The notes under the pieces were generated by a model. The model ran no database searches, was not told the DNA's origin, and was given only the letters and a program-made list of their open reading frames with translations. Shown one piece after another: positions 29,238 through 39,787 of a DNA stretch of 64,000 nt (position 1 is its first letter; each line of letters starts with the position of its first letter). This stretch comes from an uncultured delta proteobacterium (GTDB lineage: Bacteria; Desulfobacterota; Syntrophia; Syntrophales; UBA5619), in contig CAWFOM010000001.1 of assembly GCA_963817385.1 (NCBI GenBank), positions 128,001 to 192,000 of the forward strand, read 5' to 3'. A program made the translations under genes and the position numbers.

Positions 29238-31829
29238 TCATGATTGGTTTCCTTTCAACAATTCATCACGAATGGCCACGCCGATCTTTTCCATGGTGTA
29301 GGGCTTCTTGACATAGACACCCGCCCCTATCTCCTGAGCCTTCCTGACCTGCTCCGTCTCCGAAAAACCGCTGACGATAATCGTTTTCTGCTTCGGATTG
29401 ACTTCCAAAATCCTCTCGTAGGTTTCGAAACCGTCGATTCCCGGCGCCATTATCATGTCCAGGACCAGAATATCCGCCTTATTCTCTTTGAGATATTCCA
29501 CCGCCTCCTCCCCGCTGGAAACCAAATGAACCTCATACCCCAGCCGTGTAAGCAATCGGAAGGCAATATCCCTCTGTTCGGCAATGTCATCAACCACCAA
29601 AACTGACTCACCCTTGCCCAGATATTGTTCGATATGCTCCTTCTGCAGCGGGGTAATCAGTACCTCCCGGGTCGCCGGGAAGTACAGCGTAAAGGTGGTT
29701 CCTTTTCCAACTTTCGTCTGCAAATCAATATACCCGTGGTGATCCTTTACCGTTCCCCAGACAATCGCCAATCCCAATCCGGTCCCGCTCCTGCCCATCT
29801 TCTTTTTCGTGTAAAATGGTTCAAATATCTTCTCTCTATTCTCGGCAGAGATACCCATTCCCGTATCGGATACGGTCAGTACGGCGTAATCCCCCTCCTT
29901 GATCTCGTCATAGCCCCTGACGGGTTTGTCAAGATAGCGGCTCTCTGTCCGGATCGTCACCTTTCCTTTACGGGAAATGGCCTCCGCCGCGTTCGACACC
30001 AGGTTCATCACCGCCTTTTCCAGATGGATGGGAGAGCCTATGATGTTCGGCAGGTTCTCGTCATACTCTGTCCTGAAGGTCACCCAGGGATGATAGTCCT
30101 TCATCTTCTCAAACATCGGGGTCTTGAGGAAACCTGAAACAACATCATTGAGATTGATCACGTCTGACACCGTGACCCCCCGCCTGGCCAGGGTGAGAAG
30201 ATCGTTAATGATCGCGGCACCTTTTTCCGTGGACTGCAGAATCTTATCGACATAAATTCTGGACCTACTCCCTTCGGGAATTGCCTCCAGCAACAGCTCC
30301 GAGTATCCCGTAAGAATCCCCAGGACATTATTTAGATCATGGGCTACCCCACCGGCCAGTTGCCCGAGAGCCTCCATCTTCTCAGCGCGCTGCAGACGCC
30401 TCTCGCTTTCCCGCAGCGACTTCTCCGTCTTGCTGAGGTCTTTGAACAGTTGCGCATTGGCTATCGCTCCGGCAATCTGCATCCCGATCCTTTCGGCCAG
30501 GCGGAGATCCTGCTTGGTGTAGGCGTTCGGCTTTTTCGACCGGAAGTGCATAACACCGATCGCATCGTTCCGGTAGATCAGCGGAATGGCCATCAGGGAG
30601 CGAAACCCCTTCTGAAATGTGGGGGCAAGAGGTGGAAAGCGTTCGACGATCTCGCAAATGTTCTCAGGCTGGATCAGCATACCGGTCCGGGTGCGGATGA
30701 TCTCTTCACTCAACGTGCCCTCCAGAACGAGGGAATCCCCCTGTCTCCGACTGCTCATGGCCACCCCGGAAACGTAAGCAATGCGGATGGTATTCTCTTG
30801 AAAATTTACCAGGCTGATGGCAAGCCTGTTAAAGTCTATGAGTTTTCTGACCTCGGCGGTGAACCGTTCGTACACCTCGTCGATGTGCAGAGTGGAGCTG
30901 ATCAGCCTCCCGATCTCGGCGATGACGGCCATCTCTTCGGCCAGTTGCTCTGCTGCTTCGCGATTCCGACATAACTCCTCCTCTGCCTGCTTGCGATGGG
31001 TGACGTCAATCCCAATACCGATGTTGGAACCGTCCGAAAGCCGTACATTGAACCAGGATGTATCGAGTACGTGCCCATCGCGTCTCCTGGTCTTAAAGTC
31101 GCTCCAAGTTCCTGCGGCCCTCTTGATATGGTCCAACATACTCTTTCGGTACTTCGGGTCGGGATAGAACTCGGCAAAGACGTCCTTATGATGGAGCATT
31201 TCTTCAAGTGACCAGCCGAGTGTGGACTGCCAGCAGCGGTTGATCAATTGATAGTTGCCGTCGTGGTCGAATAATGCAACCATAACCGGAATGCTGTCGA
31301 GGATGGTTCGCTGCAGCTCATTTTGGTAGCGCAATGCCTCATCCATAAGCTTGTGTTCCGTGATGTCTCTTATAACAGCGGTTACGCCAAGAATGTTACC
31401 CTCCCGAATAATTGGCGTACCGGTGACTTCCCCGATTTTTCTTGTCCCATCCTTCGCAATAAATTCATAAACCGCGCACTTGATCTCTACACCGGAAAGG
31501 ACTTGTATTACATCGGAGACTGCTCTGGTGAGGGATTCTGAAGTCAGGAGATTCAAATCCTGGATAGGCCTGTTGATTATTTCTTCGACCTTGTACCCCA
31601 ACTGCCTCTCGACACTCGGAGTTATGCTTGAAATTTTAAAATCATGATCAACCGTAAAGATCCCATCAGACGTGCTTTCAAAGGCTAATCGATATTTTCC
31701 TTCGCTCTCCTTCAGGGTCTCTACGGTCTTCTGGTGATCTACTACTAATTGTTCCAGATTCTGGATTCTCTGGTTTAACACGGATAATTCTTCGATCAGT
31801 TCCGCATTTGTCCTGGATGTATCGTTCAT
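29238..31829 (-). CDS. hybrid sensor kinase PAS-PAS-GAF-HisKA-HATPase-REC
   Basis: GGVAHDLNN, NLVSNA, DTGMG, FEPFYT, GTGLGL, LVVDD..LDMIM. Confidence 0.93.
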   Translation of the reverse strand: MNDTSRTNAELIEELSVLNQRIQNLEQLVVDHQKTVETLKESEGKYRLAFESTSDGIFTVDHDFKISSITPSVERQLGYKVEEIINRPIQDLNLLTSESLTRAVSDVIQVLSGVEIKCAVYEFIAKDGTRKIGEVTGTPIIREGNILGVTAVIRDITEHKLMDEALRYQNELQRTILDSIPVMVALFDHDGNYQLINRCWQSTLGWSLEEMLHHKDVFAEFYPDPKYRKSMLDHIKRAAGTWSDFKTRRRDGHVLDTSWFNVRLSDGSNIGIGIDVTHRKQAEEELCRNREAAEQLAEEMAVIAEIGRLISSTLHIDEVYERFTAEVRKLIDFNRLAISLVNFQENTIRIAYVSGVAMSSRRQGDSLVLEGTLSEEIIRTRTGMLIQPENICEIVERFPPLAPTFQKGFRSLMAIPLIYRNDAIGVMHFRSKKPNAYTKQDLRLAERIGMQIAGAIANAQLFKDLSKTEKSLRESERRLQRAEKMEALGQLAGGVAHDLNNVLGILTGYSELLLEAIPEGSRSRIYVDKILQSTEKGAAIINDLLTLARRGVTVSDVINLNDVVSGFLKTPMFEKMKDYHPWVTFRTEYDENLPNIIGSPIHLEKAVMNLVSNAAEAISRKGKVTIRTESRYLDKPVRGYDEIKEGDYAVLTVSDTGMGISAENREKIFEPFYTKKKMGRSGTGLGLAIVWGTVKDHHGYIDLQTKVGKGTTFTLYFPATREVLITPLQKEHIEQYLGKGESVLVVDDIAEQRDIAFRLLTRLGYEVHLVSSGEEAVEYLKENKADILVLDMIMAPGIDGFETYERILEVNPKQKTIIVSGFSETEQVRKAQEIGAGVYVKKPYTMEKIGVAIRDELLKGNQS

Positions 31830-32045
31830 GTAATTTAATCCCCGTGTCGACAACATGTATCGAATGGAAGAAAGATGGGTAGCTGTTACGATATGTCAGT
31901 GGAAATGTCAAATGAAAAATAGACGATCAGATGATGTTTATCGCATGATATCAGTAACTTTTCCTTACTCATGCGGATTGCGATATCAGGAAGGGCGATC
32001 GCTCCCGTTTGGTCATTTTTCACAATCCACAACCTCATTATATCC

Positions 32046-32074
32046 TTGACATGCAAGGGCCTTCTTCGTATTCT
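32046..32074 (+). promoter_or_regulatory. sigma70-type promoter
   Basis: TTGACA-17 bp-TATTCT. Confidence 0.55.
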
Positions 32075-32147
32075 CCCACTGCACCATAAGAAGATCCGGT
32101 CAATATCAAATGGCTACATTGTCAGCAGGTGAAGGACCTCCCGGAAG

Positions 32148-33482
32148 ATGCGGGGCAACGGTATCGAGGATACATCGGAAGCGCCCAGGCAGGCACTTTC
32201 AGTCATTGACGTAGTCGCCCTGATTATCGGGGTGGTCATCGGGACGGGCATATTCAAGACGCCCTCACTCGTTGCCGCCAACACGGGGGACAATGCCATT
32301 TTTTTTCTTGCCTGGCTTCTGGGAGGCGCAATTTCCCTGATCGGCGCCCTCTGTTATGCCGAGTTGGCGACGACGTATCCTCACACCGGCGGAGATTACC
32401 ATTACCTTGCTCGCGCCTTCGGCAGGAAGGTGGCCTTCCTGTTCGGTTGGGCGCGCATGACGGTCATTCAGCCCGGCTCCATCGCCATGCTGGCCTTCGT
32501 CTTTGGGGACTATTGCGCGCAACTCCTGCCGTCCGTGTATACCGCCTCGCTCGGCGCGATTCTCGCCATCATGACCATGACCACCATGAACCTGATGGGC
32601 ACGCAAAAAGGCACATGGACGCAGAATCTTCTCACGTCCGCGAAAATAATCGGCCTGGTATCCGTTTTGATCGCCGGGGTGACCATGGCGCCGCCCCTTT
32701 CCCCATCCGGGGGGAGCCCGCCCAGCGCCGGTGCCTCGTTCGGCATGGCGATGGTCTTCGTTCTTCTGACATTCGGCGGCTGGAACGAGGCGGCGTATCT
32801 CTCCGCCGAGCTTCGCGAAGGGAAACAAAGCATGGTCCGCGCGCTACTGTGGGGTCTGGGCGCCATTACCGCCATCTATCTGCTGGCTGGCTTCTCGTAT
32901 CTCAAGGGTCTGGGAATGGATGACATGAGCCGGTCCGAGGTCGTCGCGGCCGATCTGATGCGAAAAGTTCTCGGCGAGGGAGGGGCGAATTTCGTCAGTC
33001 TCCTCATCGCCGTGTCCGCGTTGGGGGCAATCAATGCGACCATCTTCACCGGTGCCCGGTCCAACTATGCGGTCGGCAGGGACTTTCCTCTGTTCAACTT
33101 CCTCGGCCGCTGGCAGGGAAAGGGAAACACCCCGGCCAATGCACTTCTGTTCCAAGGGGCCATAGCCTCGTCGCTGGTACTATTGGGCGCCTTCACCCAC
33201 AGGGGTTTCGTGACCATGGTGGAGTTCACTGCCCCGGTCTTCTGGCTGTTTTTCTTCCTGACGGGTGTTTCCCTCGTTGTATTGCGCATCAGGGAACCGG
33301 ATGCCCCCCGTCCCTTCAAAATTCCTCTCTATCCTCTTATTCCGGTGGTATTCTGTACGACCTGTCTGTACATGCTTCAGGTCAGTCTCGCCTATACGGG
33401 GATAGGGGCGTTGGTAGGCGTGGGTATTCTTTTCATGGGGGCGGTTCTCGCAACATTGCCCCGTATGCGACAAAACGGATAG
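32148..33482 (+). CDS. APC-family amino acid permease
   Basis: IGTGIFKTP, CYAELATTYP..GG, TFGGWN, RPFKIPLYP; many TM helices. Confidence 0.9.
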   Translation: MRGNGIEDTSEAPRQALSVIDVVALIIGVVIGTGIFKTPSLVAANTGDNAIFFLAWLLGGAISLIGALCYAELATTYPHTGGDYHYLARAFGRKVAFLFGWARMTVIQPGSIAMLAFVFGDYCAQLLPSVYTASLGAILAIMTMTTMNLMGTQKGTWTQNLLTSAKIIGLVSVLIAGVTMAPPLSPSGGSPPSAGASFGMAMVFVLLTFGGWNEAAYLSAELREGKQSMVRALLWGLGAITAIYLLAGFSYLKGLGMDDMSRSEVVAADLMRKVLGEGGANFVSLLIAVSALGAINATIFTGARSNYAVGRDFPLFNFLGRWQGKGNTPANALLFQGAIASSLVLLGAFTHRGFVTMVEFTAPVFWLFFFLTGVSLVVLRIREPDAPRPFKIPLYPLIPVVFCTTCLYMLQVSLAYTGIGALVGVGILFMGAVLATLPRMRQNG

Positions 33483-33504
33483 ATATTCCAAAGGAGAAAA
33501 AGCT

Positions 33505-34389
33505 ATGCAGCGTCAGCGAAGAATATGGTTTACCGGGGCGGTCACCTGTCTGGTCCTATTCGGCGCCATGGAGCTCGCCTCATCGGCAAGGGCGCCCGAC
33601 GTTCATTTCATCGCCACCCCCCGGTATGTAGTCAATGAGATGCTGGAGCTGGCCGGTACGAACCAAAACGATGTGGTCTACGATCTCGGTTGCGGAGACG
33701 GGCGCTTCGTCATCACGGCAGCGAAAAATTTCGGCGCCCGCGGCGTCGGTATCGACATCGATCCCGAGCGGATACGCGAAAGCCGAGTAAACGCGAAAAA
33801 GGCAGGTGTCGATGACCGGGTAACGTTCCATGAACAGGATCTCTTCGCAACCGACATCAGCCCGGCGACCATCGTTGCCCTGTATCTCCTGCCCGAACTG
33901 AATCTCAGCCTCCGTCCCCGGTTGTTCAAACAGCTCAAACCGGGAACGCGCATCCTGTCCCACGACTTCGACATGGGGGACTGGAAACCGGATGTGGTTG
34001 AACAATTGGGCGAAAGCACCTACTATTACTGGGTCCTGCCCGCAGATGTGAAGGGTCGATGGCGCATCAGCGCACCGACATTGGGGAAAGACGGCGAATA
34101 TACCGTGGAGGTGGTCCAGAATTTCCAGGAGATCCAGGTAACCCTGCTGACGAATCAGACCAACGCCGCAATTTCCCATGCCAAAATCAAAGGGGACACG
34201 ATCAGCTTTTTCTTGGGAAAAGGATTAGGCAGAAACAAGACGGGGATGTTCTTCAAGGGGAAGGTTACGGGAAATATCATCTCCGGCAATGTGGAGGTCG
34301 AAATCAACCCCTTCTACAGTAATCTTGCGACGGAAGAGGCGGCATCGACCACCGGCAATCATGGATGGACAGCGGTGCGCAGCAAATAA
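33505..34389 (+). CDS. exported SAM-dependent methyltransferase
   Basis: Signal peptide; VYDLGCGDGR, GIDID, LKPGTRILSHDF. Confidence 0.85.
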   Translation: MQRQRRIWFTGAVTCLVLFGAMELASSARAPDVHFIATPRYVVNEMLELAGTNQNDVVYDLGCGDGRFVITAAKNFGARGVGIDIDPERIRESRVNAKKAGVDDRVTFHEQDLFATDISPATIVALYLLPELNLSLRPRLFKQLKPGTRILSHDFDMGDWKPDVVEQLGESTYYYWVLPADVKGRWRISAPTLGKDGEYTVEVVQNFQEIQVTLLTNQTNAAISHAKIKGDTISFFLGKGLGRNKTGMFFKGKVTGNIISGNVEVEINPFYSNLATEEAASTTGNHGWTAVRSK

Positions 34390-34458
34390 AAATCCCGTCC
34401 GCGAAAAAATCATCCGGACAACGTCTCGATTGTGGCATAAGAATAAGAACTTTCTTTT

Positions 34459-35490
34459 TCACGGCGGAAGTATATGGAGAAGGTACTCGTCGTACACGAG
34501 CCGTGCGATGTCGGCGATCACCGTTTCCCGTGTGTCGGAGGGCGCTTCAGAACCTTTAACAAACACGACAATTGCAATGTGACCTTTACCATCCGGCAGC
34601 GTAACGAAACCGACATCATTAACGGTGCCGGCGAGCGTCCCTGTCTTGTCTGCAACGATAGTCCCCACAGGTAACCGGCCCCGGATCCGCTTCAGTCCGG
34701 TTGTGCTGCGCTCCATCATGGGAAGGAGCATTGATCGTGCCGATCCGCTTACACCGTCCTCCCGCCAGATCTTGCACAAGAGCCCCAGCATTGCAACTGG
34801 GGTTGCCTGATCTCTTGGGTCAGCATCATATGCAGGATTCGCCCGATAGACTTTTGCGCGGCGTGCCGAAGCCTGTTTGGACGACATCCGCCTGAATTGA
34901 TCCGCCAAAGATATTGTCGACGATACCGGAGCGGGGATCGACAAGACATCCCGGAGCAGCTCCCGCATATATCGAGCAGGATAGATTTCCTTCAAACCCA
35001 GGGCTTGCAGATAGGCATGGACAGCTGCCGGTCCCCCGGCTACCCGATAAAGAACATCGGTAGAGGTGTTATCACTCTTCGTGATCATGGGATCGAGGAG
35101 ATCGGCAGCAGAGAATGAAAGCCCGGGGCGCCAATGATTATCTCCAAGCGGGCCTCCCGGCGCCAACTCCGAACGCTTCACGGGTATACGAGATGCAAGG
35201 TGTATCTGTCCCTTATCTGCCAAGTCGAGGATCTTTGCCGCGACGGCTACCTTTACCGTGCTGGCCATAGGGAAGAACTCGTTTCCATTGTGGTCGATCT
35301 TGCGTCCGGTTTCCAGATGGATGGCAGCGGCGCCTACCGTTCCCTTGGCGGCCTTTCCGATACGTCCGATCTCGGCAACGACTGTACTCGTCTGAGGGCT
35401 TTGTGTCTCTTCATCCCATGCCGGAGATTGCCCTACAGTCACGAGTGTAGAAAGAATCAGCCAACAGACCAAAATAAATCGTTGTCCCAT
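34459..35490 (-). CDS. class A beta-lactamase-like serine hydrolase
   Basis: Signal peptide; STVK, SDN, DKTG motifs. Confidence 0.8.
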   Translation of the reverse strand: MGQRFILVCWLILSTLVTVGQSPAWDEETQSPQTSTVVAEIGRIGKAAKGTVGAAAIHLETGRKIDHNGNEFFPMASTVKVAVAAKILDLADKGQIHLASRIPVKRSELAPGGPLGDNHWRPGLSFSAADLLDPMITKSDNTSTDVLYRVAGGPAAVHAYLQALGLKEIYPARYMRELLRDVLSIPAPVSSTISLADQFRRMSSKQASARRAKVYRANPAYDADPRDQATPVAMLGLLCKIWREDGVSGSARSMLLPMMERSTTGLKRIRGRLPVGTIVADKTGTLAGTVNDVGFVTLPDGKGHIAIVVFVKGSEAPSDTRETVIADIARLVYDEYLLHILPP

Positions 35491-35734
35491 CAATTTCTCC
35501 GACTTCAGAAAGGAGCCAATGTATCACCCGATCCCGTATCTGTAGCCTAATCTCATACAGGCGCATAAATTTATGCAGCCACCCGCGCGATCACAGGGGC
35601 AGTTTGTAAAATATTAATTTTCGCGCATGGAAAAGATTTTGTCATGGCTTTATTGCCAGAATTGGAATTGGTCTGCAAAAGAGATTAATACAGAGTATAA
35701 TATTTTACCCCGCATATTTGGAAGGAAAATTTTT

Positions 35735-37759
35735 ATGAGCCCTAACATTGTTCGTTCCGTCTGCCCCTACGATTGTCCTGATACCTGCGGCCTGCTGGTA
35801 GAGGTGGAAGACGGCCGCGCCGTGCGCGTTTCCGGCGATCCCGCCCATCCCCTGACCCGCGGCCTGCTCTGCCCCAAGATGAACCACTACGAGCGCACGG
35901 TCCACTCGCCGCGCCGCCTGACGACCCCGCTGGTGCGAACCGGCCCCAAGGGAGAAGGGCGGTTCGAACCGCTTTCCTGGGATGAGGCGGTCGAACGCAT
36001 CTGTTCCCGCTGGAAGGGCCTGATCGCCGGCTACGGGGGCGAATGCGTCCTGCCCTATTCTTTTGCCGGCACCATGGGGCTGGTGCAGCGGAACAGCGGC
36101 CATCCCTTTTTCCACAAGCTGGGCGCTTCCCGCCTGGAGCGGACCATCTGCTCTCCGGCCAAGGACGCGGGCTGGAAGGCGATCATGGGAGACACCGCGG
36201 CCATGGATCTGGCGGAGATGGAACAGAGCGACCTGGTGATCCTGTGGGGGATCAACGCCGCCGCCACCAGTATCCACGTCATGCGAGACGCCCTGGCCGC
36301 CCGGCGGTGCGCCGCCCGCTTGTGGGCGATCGATACCTATCGCACGCCGACGTGCGAGAAGGCGGACGAGGCCTTCATCGTGCGCCCCGGCGGCGACGGC
36401 GCCCTGGCCCTGGGAATGATGCACGTCATGGTCCGCGAGGGACTGGCGGATCGGGCCTTTATCCGGGACAACGTCCTCGGGTTCGAGGAGTTCGCCGAAC
36501 GGGTGCTGCCCGATTGCGCTCCGGAGCGGATGTCGCCGGTCTGCGGCCTGCCCGCCGCCGTGATCGAACGCATGGCGCGGGAGTATGCAGCCGCAAAGGC
36601 GCCCTTCATCCGCCTGGGGAGCGGCCTGACCCGCTACGGCAACGGCGCCATGACCGTCCGCACCGTCGTCTGCCTGCCCGCCCTCAGCGGGGCGTGGCAG
36701 CGGCCCGGCGGCGGCGTCTTCACCGGCACATCCACCGGGGATGCCTTCCCGCTCAACCGGGTCACGCGGGAGGACTTCATGGAGCGGCCGACGCGCCTGG
36801 TGAGCATGAATCAACTGGGCGCGGCCCTCACCGAACTTAGCGATCCGCCCGTCATGTCCCTGTATGTCTACCACTCCAATCCGGCCGCCGTGACGCCCGA
36901 CCAGAACGCCGTCATCAGAGGCCTTGAGCGCGACGACCTGTTCACCGTGGTGCACGAGCGTTTTCTCACCGATACGGCCCGGTATGCCGACATCGTCCTG
37001 CCGGCCACCTCATCCCTGGAGCAGCCCGACCTGTACCGCTGCTACGGCGGCTACCACAGCCAGCGCTGCGCCGCCGCCATACCGCCGGTGGGGGAGGCAA
37101 AAACCAACTGGGAGACGTTTTCGCTCCTGGCCGCCGGCATGGGATGGGACGAACCCTTCTTCCGGCAGTCGGCCGATGACCTCGTGGAGCAGCTCCTCGA
37201 TTTCGACACCCCCTGGCGGGATGCCGGGACGACCCGGCGCCTGCGGGAGGGCGAGCCGGTGCTCTTGACGCCACCGTCAAAGTCCAAGTGCGACTGGAAA
37301 ACCCCCTCCGGCCGGATCGAAATCCGCAACAACCGCGAGCCGGAGCCCATGCCGCGGCTGCGTGCCACCCACGCCGCGGGGGACGGCTTTCCTCTGCGCA
37401 TGCAGCCGGCAACCACACCCTATGCCCTTAATTCCAGCTTTTACGAGCAGGATGACCTGCGGGAGAAACAGGAGTGCATGGCGCTGATGATGCACCCGCG
37501 GGATGCGGCGGCGCGGGGGCTGGCAGATGGCCGGCGAGTGACGGCGTATAACGGCTTCGGCGAGGTGGAATTTGTCCTGAAGATCACCGAGCGGGTACCC
37601 GTGGGAACGGTAGTCACGGAAGGCGTCTGGTGGCGCGAGTTCATTCCCGGCCGGCGCGGGGTGAATGCCTTGACCTCCCAGCGTCTGACCGACGGCGGAC
37701 GGGGGAGCACGTTGTACGATGTGGCGGTGGAGGTGCGGGGAAAAGCGGAGTGCGAATGA
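35735..37759 (+). CDS. molybdopterin oxidoreductase (bis-MGD family, N-terminal 4Fe-4S)
   Basis: CPYDCPDTC...LCPK, WDEA, TDTARYADIVLPA, C-terminal MHPRDAAARG domain. Confidence 0.9.
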   Translation: MSPNIVRSVCPYDCPDTCGLLVEVEDGRAVRVSGDPAHPLTRGLLCPKMNHYERTVHSPRRLTTPLVRTGPKGEGRFEPLSWDEAVERICSRWKGLIAGYGGECVLPYSFAGTMGLVQRNSGHPFFHKLGASRLERTICSPAKDAGWKAIMGDTAAMDLAEMEQSDLVILWGINAAATSIHVMRDALAARRCAARLWAIDTYRTPTCEKADEAFIVRPGGDGALALGMMHVMVREGLADRAFIRDNVLGFEEFAERVLPDCAPERMSPVCGLPAAVIERMAREYAAAKAPFIRLGSGLTRYGNGAMTVRTVVCLPALSGAWQRPGGGVFTGTSTGDAFPLNRVTREDFMERPTRLVSMNQLGAALTELSDPPVMSLYVYHSNPAAVTPDQNAVIRGLERDDLFTVVHERFLTDTARYADIVLPATSSLEQPDLYRCYGGYHSQRCAAAIPPVGEAKTNWETFSLLAAGMGWDEPFFRQSADDLVEQLLDFDTPWRDAGTTRRLREGEPVLLTPPSKSKCDWKTPSGRIEIRNNREPEPMPRLRATHAAGDGFPLRMQPATTPYALNSSFYEQDDLREKQECMALMMHPRDAAARGLADGRRVTAYNGFGEVEFVLKITERVPVGTVVTEGVWWREFIPGRRGVNALTSQRLTDGGRGSTLYDVAVEVRGKAECE

Positions 37760-37816
37760 GCTAGGCGACGCGTAGTGGACGGCCAGGGTGAGGCCGTGGG
37801 TAAGGATGACCAGACG

Positions 37817-39787
37817 ATGACCCACAAAGAACGAATCCGCAAAGCGATCCGGGGCGAGATGGCCGACCGCATCCCCTATGTTCCGAGGCTGGATTTGTGG
37901 CACAACGCCAACGCCCTCGCCCAAACCCTGCCGGAAAGGCACCGGGGAAAGGGCCCGGATGAGATCTGCCGCGCCGAGGGATGGGCTTTGCACAAGGGCG
38001 TTCCCGATTTCGCCAACCAGCCGGAACCGGACGCGATGCTTCACCGGGCATTGGGGATCTTCGCCCTCCGGGAGCAGGTGTTCCGCGCCTCGCTTTCGCC
38101 GAAGGTGGGGATCCGTGTCCAGCGGGAAGGGGAACGCACAACCGTCGAATACCATACCCCCCGGGGGGTCGTGCGGACCATCACGGTGTACAGCGAGGAG
38201 ATGAAAAAAGCGGGTATCTCCATCCCCTGGATTGCCGAACACGCCATCAAAAAACGGGAAGACTACGCGATCGTGGCCTGCCTGTTCGAAAATGTGGACC
38301 TGGTTCCCCGCTATGAAGCGTTTGGAAGGCTGCAACAGGAGATCGGCGAGGATGGGATGCCGACCGCCTTCTTCACCGGCTGCGCTTCGCCGGTTCACCA
38401 CATCCAGAAGCAGTTTCTCGACCCCACGGAGTTTTACTTTCATTACAACGATTATCAGAAAGAGATGCAGGATCTGGCCGAGAGCATGGCGCCGTTCTAC
38501 GACAAGGCCCTGCAATTGATCGCCGCCTCGCCTGCCGAAGTAGTTTCCTGGGGAGGAAACTACGATGAGATGGTCACCTACCCCCCCTATTTTGCAAAAG
38601 AGCTGCTCCCCTGGATCCGAAAGGCGGCCGACGTCATGAGGGGGCGCGGGAAGTATGTCTCCTGCCATTGCGACGGGGAGAACGAGGGGCTGATGGACCT
38701 GATCCGGGATTCGGGGATGCACGTAGCCGAGGCCGTCTGCCCGGCGCCGATGACGAAGGTGACGATCGATGAGTATTACCGCCGCTGGGCGGACAAGCTG
38801 ACGATCTTCGGGGGAATCCCCTCGACGCTGCTCTTGCGGGAGTCAACCACCGACGGGGAGTTCGAAGGGTACCTGGATAACCTGTTCAAGGCGGTGGCCC
38901 CCGGCGGGAGGATGATCCTGGGGATCGCCGATACCACCCCCCCGCAGGCGGTTTTCGAGAGGCTGGTGCGGATCGGGGAGCGGGTGGAAAAAGAAGGGCG
39001 TCTGCCTCTGGAGGGTGGCGCCTTTCGTCCGCTGCCGGCCGCGGCAGCCGCCGGGGGAGAGAAACGGGTGACGGCCGAGCCGGCGGGGGATGAGCAGTTT
39101 CGCCAGGTGCAGGACGACGTCCTCGGCGGGGATCAGGTGTCGGTCCGGGGTCATATCCTGGGGCTCCTGGAGCACGGGGCGAAGGCGGATGACATTTTGC
39201 AGCGGGGCCTGCTCGCGGCGATGGAGGTGATCGGGGAGCGGTTCCGGAGCGGAGAGGCGTTCATTCCGGAGGTGCTCTTGTCGGCGCGGGTGATGAACGA
39301 GGCGGTGTCGGTGCTGGAACCGCACCTGACGGTCGGGCAGGCGGGGGCGAAGGGCCGGGTGATGATCGGGACGGTGAAGGGGGACATGCACGACATCGGG
39401 AAGAACCTGGTGATCACGATGCTGCGCGGCGTGGGGTATGAGGTGACGGACCTCGGCGTGGATGTGCCGGTTGCCCGGTTCGTCCGGATGGTGAAGGAGT
39501 TTCAACCGGACATCCTCGGCTTGTCTTCGCTCCTGACGACGACGATGCCGCAGATGAAGCTGGTGATCGAGGCGCTGGCGGGCGCGGGGCTGCGGGACGG
39601 GGTGAAGGTGATCGTCGGGGGTGCACCGGTAAACGAGAAGTACGCCCGGGACATCGGCGCGGACGGCTACGCCCACGACGCCGGCGGAGGGGTGAATCTG
39701 GTCAAAAGGTTCTTGCAGGGGGCATCGACACGGCCGGCGTCAGCTCCGGATTTGGGGGAGGAAAAAATCAGGCCATCGTGTCCTTGA
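37817..39787 (+). CDS. UroD/MtaA-like methyltransferase fused to corrinoid protein (B12 cap + B12-binding)
   Basis: HCDG..FGGIP barrel; FIPEVL cap; GTVKGDMHDIGKNLV, SSLLTTT, VGGAP. Confidence 0.88.
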   Translation: MTHKERIRKAIRGEMADRIPYVPRLDLWHNANALAQTLPERHRGKGPDEICRAEGWALHKGVPDFANQPEPDAMLHRALGIFALREQVFRASLSPKVGIRVQREGERTTVEYHTPRGVVRTITVYSEEMKKAGISIPWIAEHAIKKREDYAIVACLFENVDLVPRYEAFGRLQQEIGEDGMPTAFFTGCASPVHHIQKQFLDPTEFYFHYNDYQKEMQDLAESMAPFYDKALQLIAASPAEVVSWGGNYDEMVTYPPYFAKELLPWIRKAADVMRGRGKYVSCHCDGENEGLMDLIRDSGMHVAEAVCPAPMTKVTIDEYYRRWADKLTIFGGIPSTLLLRESTTDGEFEGYLDNLFKAVAPGGRMILGIADTTPPQAVFERLVRIGERVEKEGRLPLEGGAFRPLPAAAAAGGEKRVTAEPAGDEQFRQVQDDVLGGDQVSVRGHILGLLEHGAKADDILQRGLLAAMEVIGERFRSGEAFIPEVLLSARVMNEAVSVLEPHLTVGQAGAKGRVMIGTVKGDMHDIGKNLVITMLRGVGYEVTDLGVDVPVARFVRMVKEFQPDILGLSSLLTTTMPQMKLVIEALAGAGLRDGVKVIVGGAPVNEKYARDIGADGYAHDAGGGVNLVKRFLQGASTRPASAPDLGEEKIRPSCP

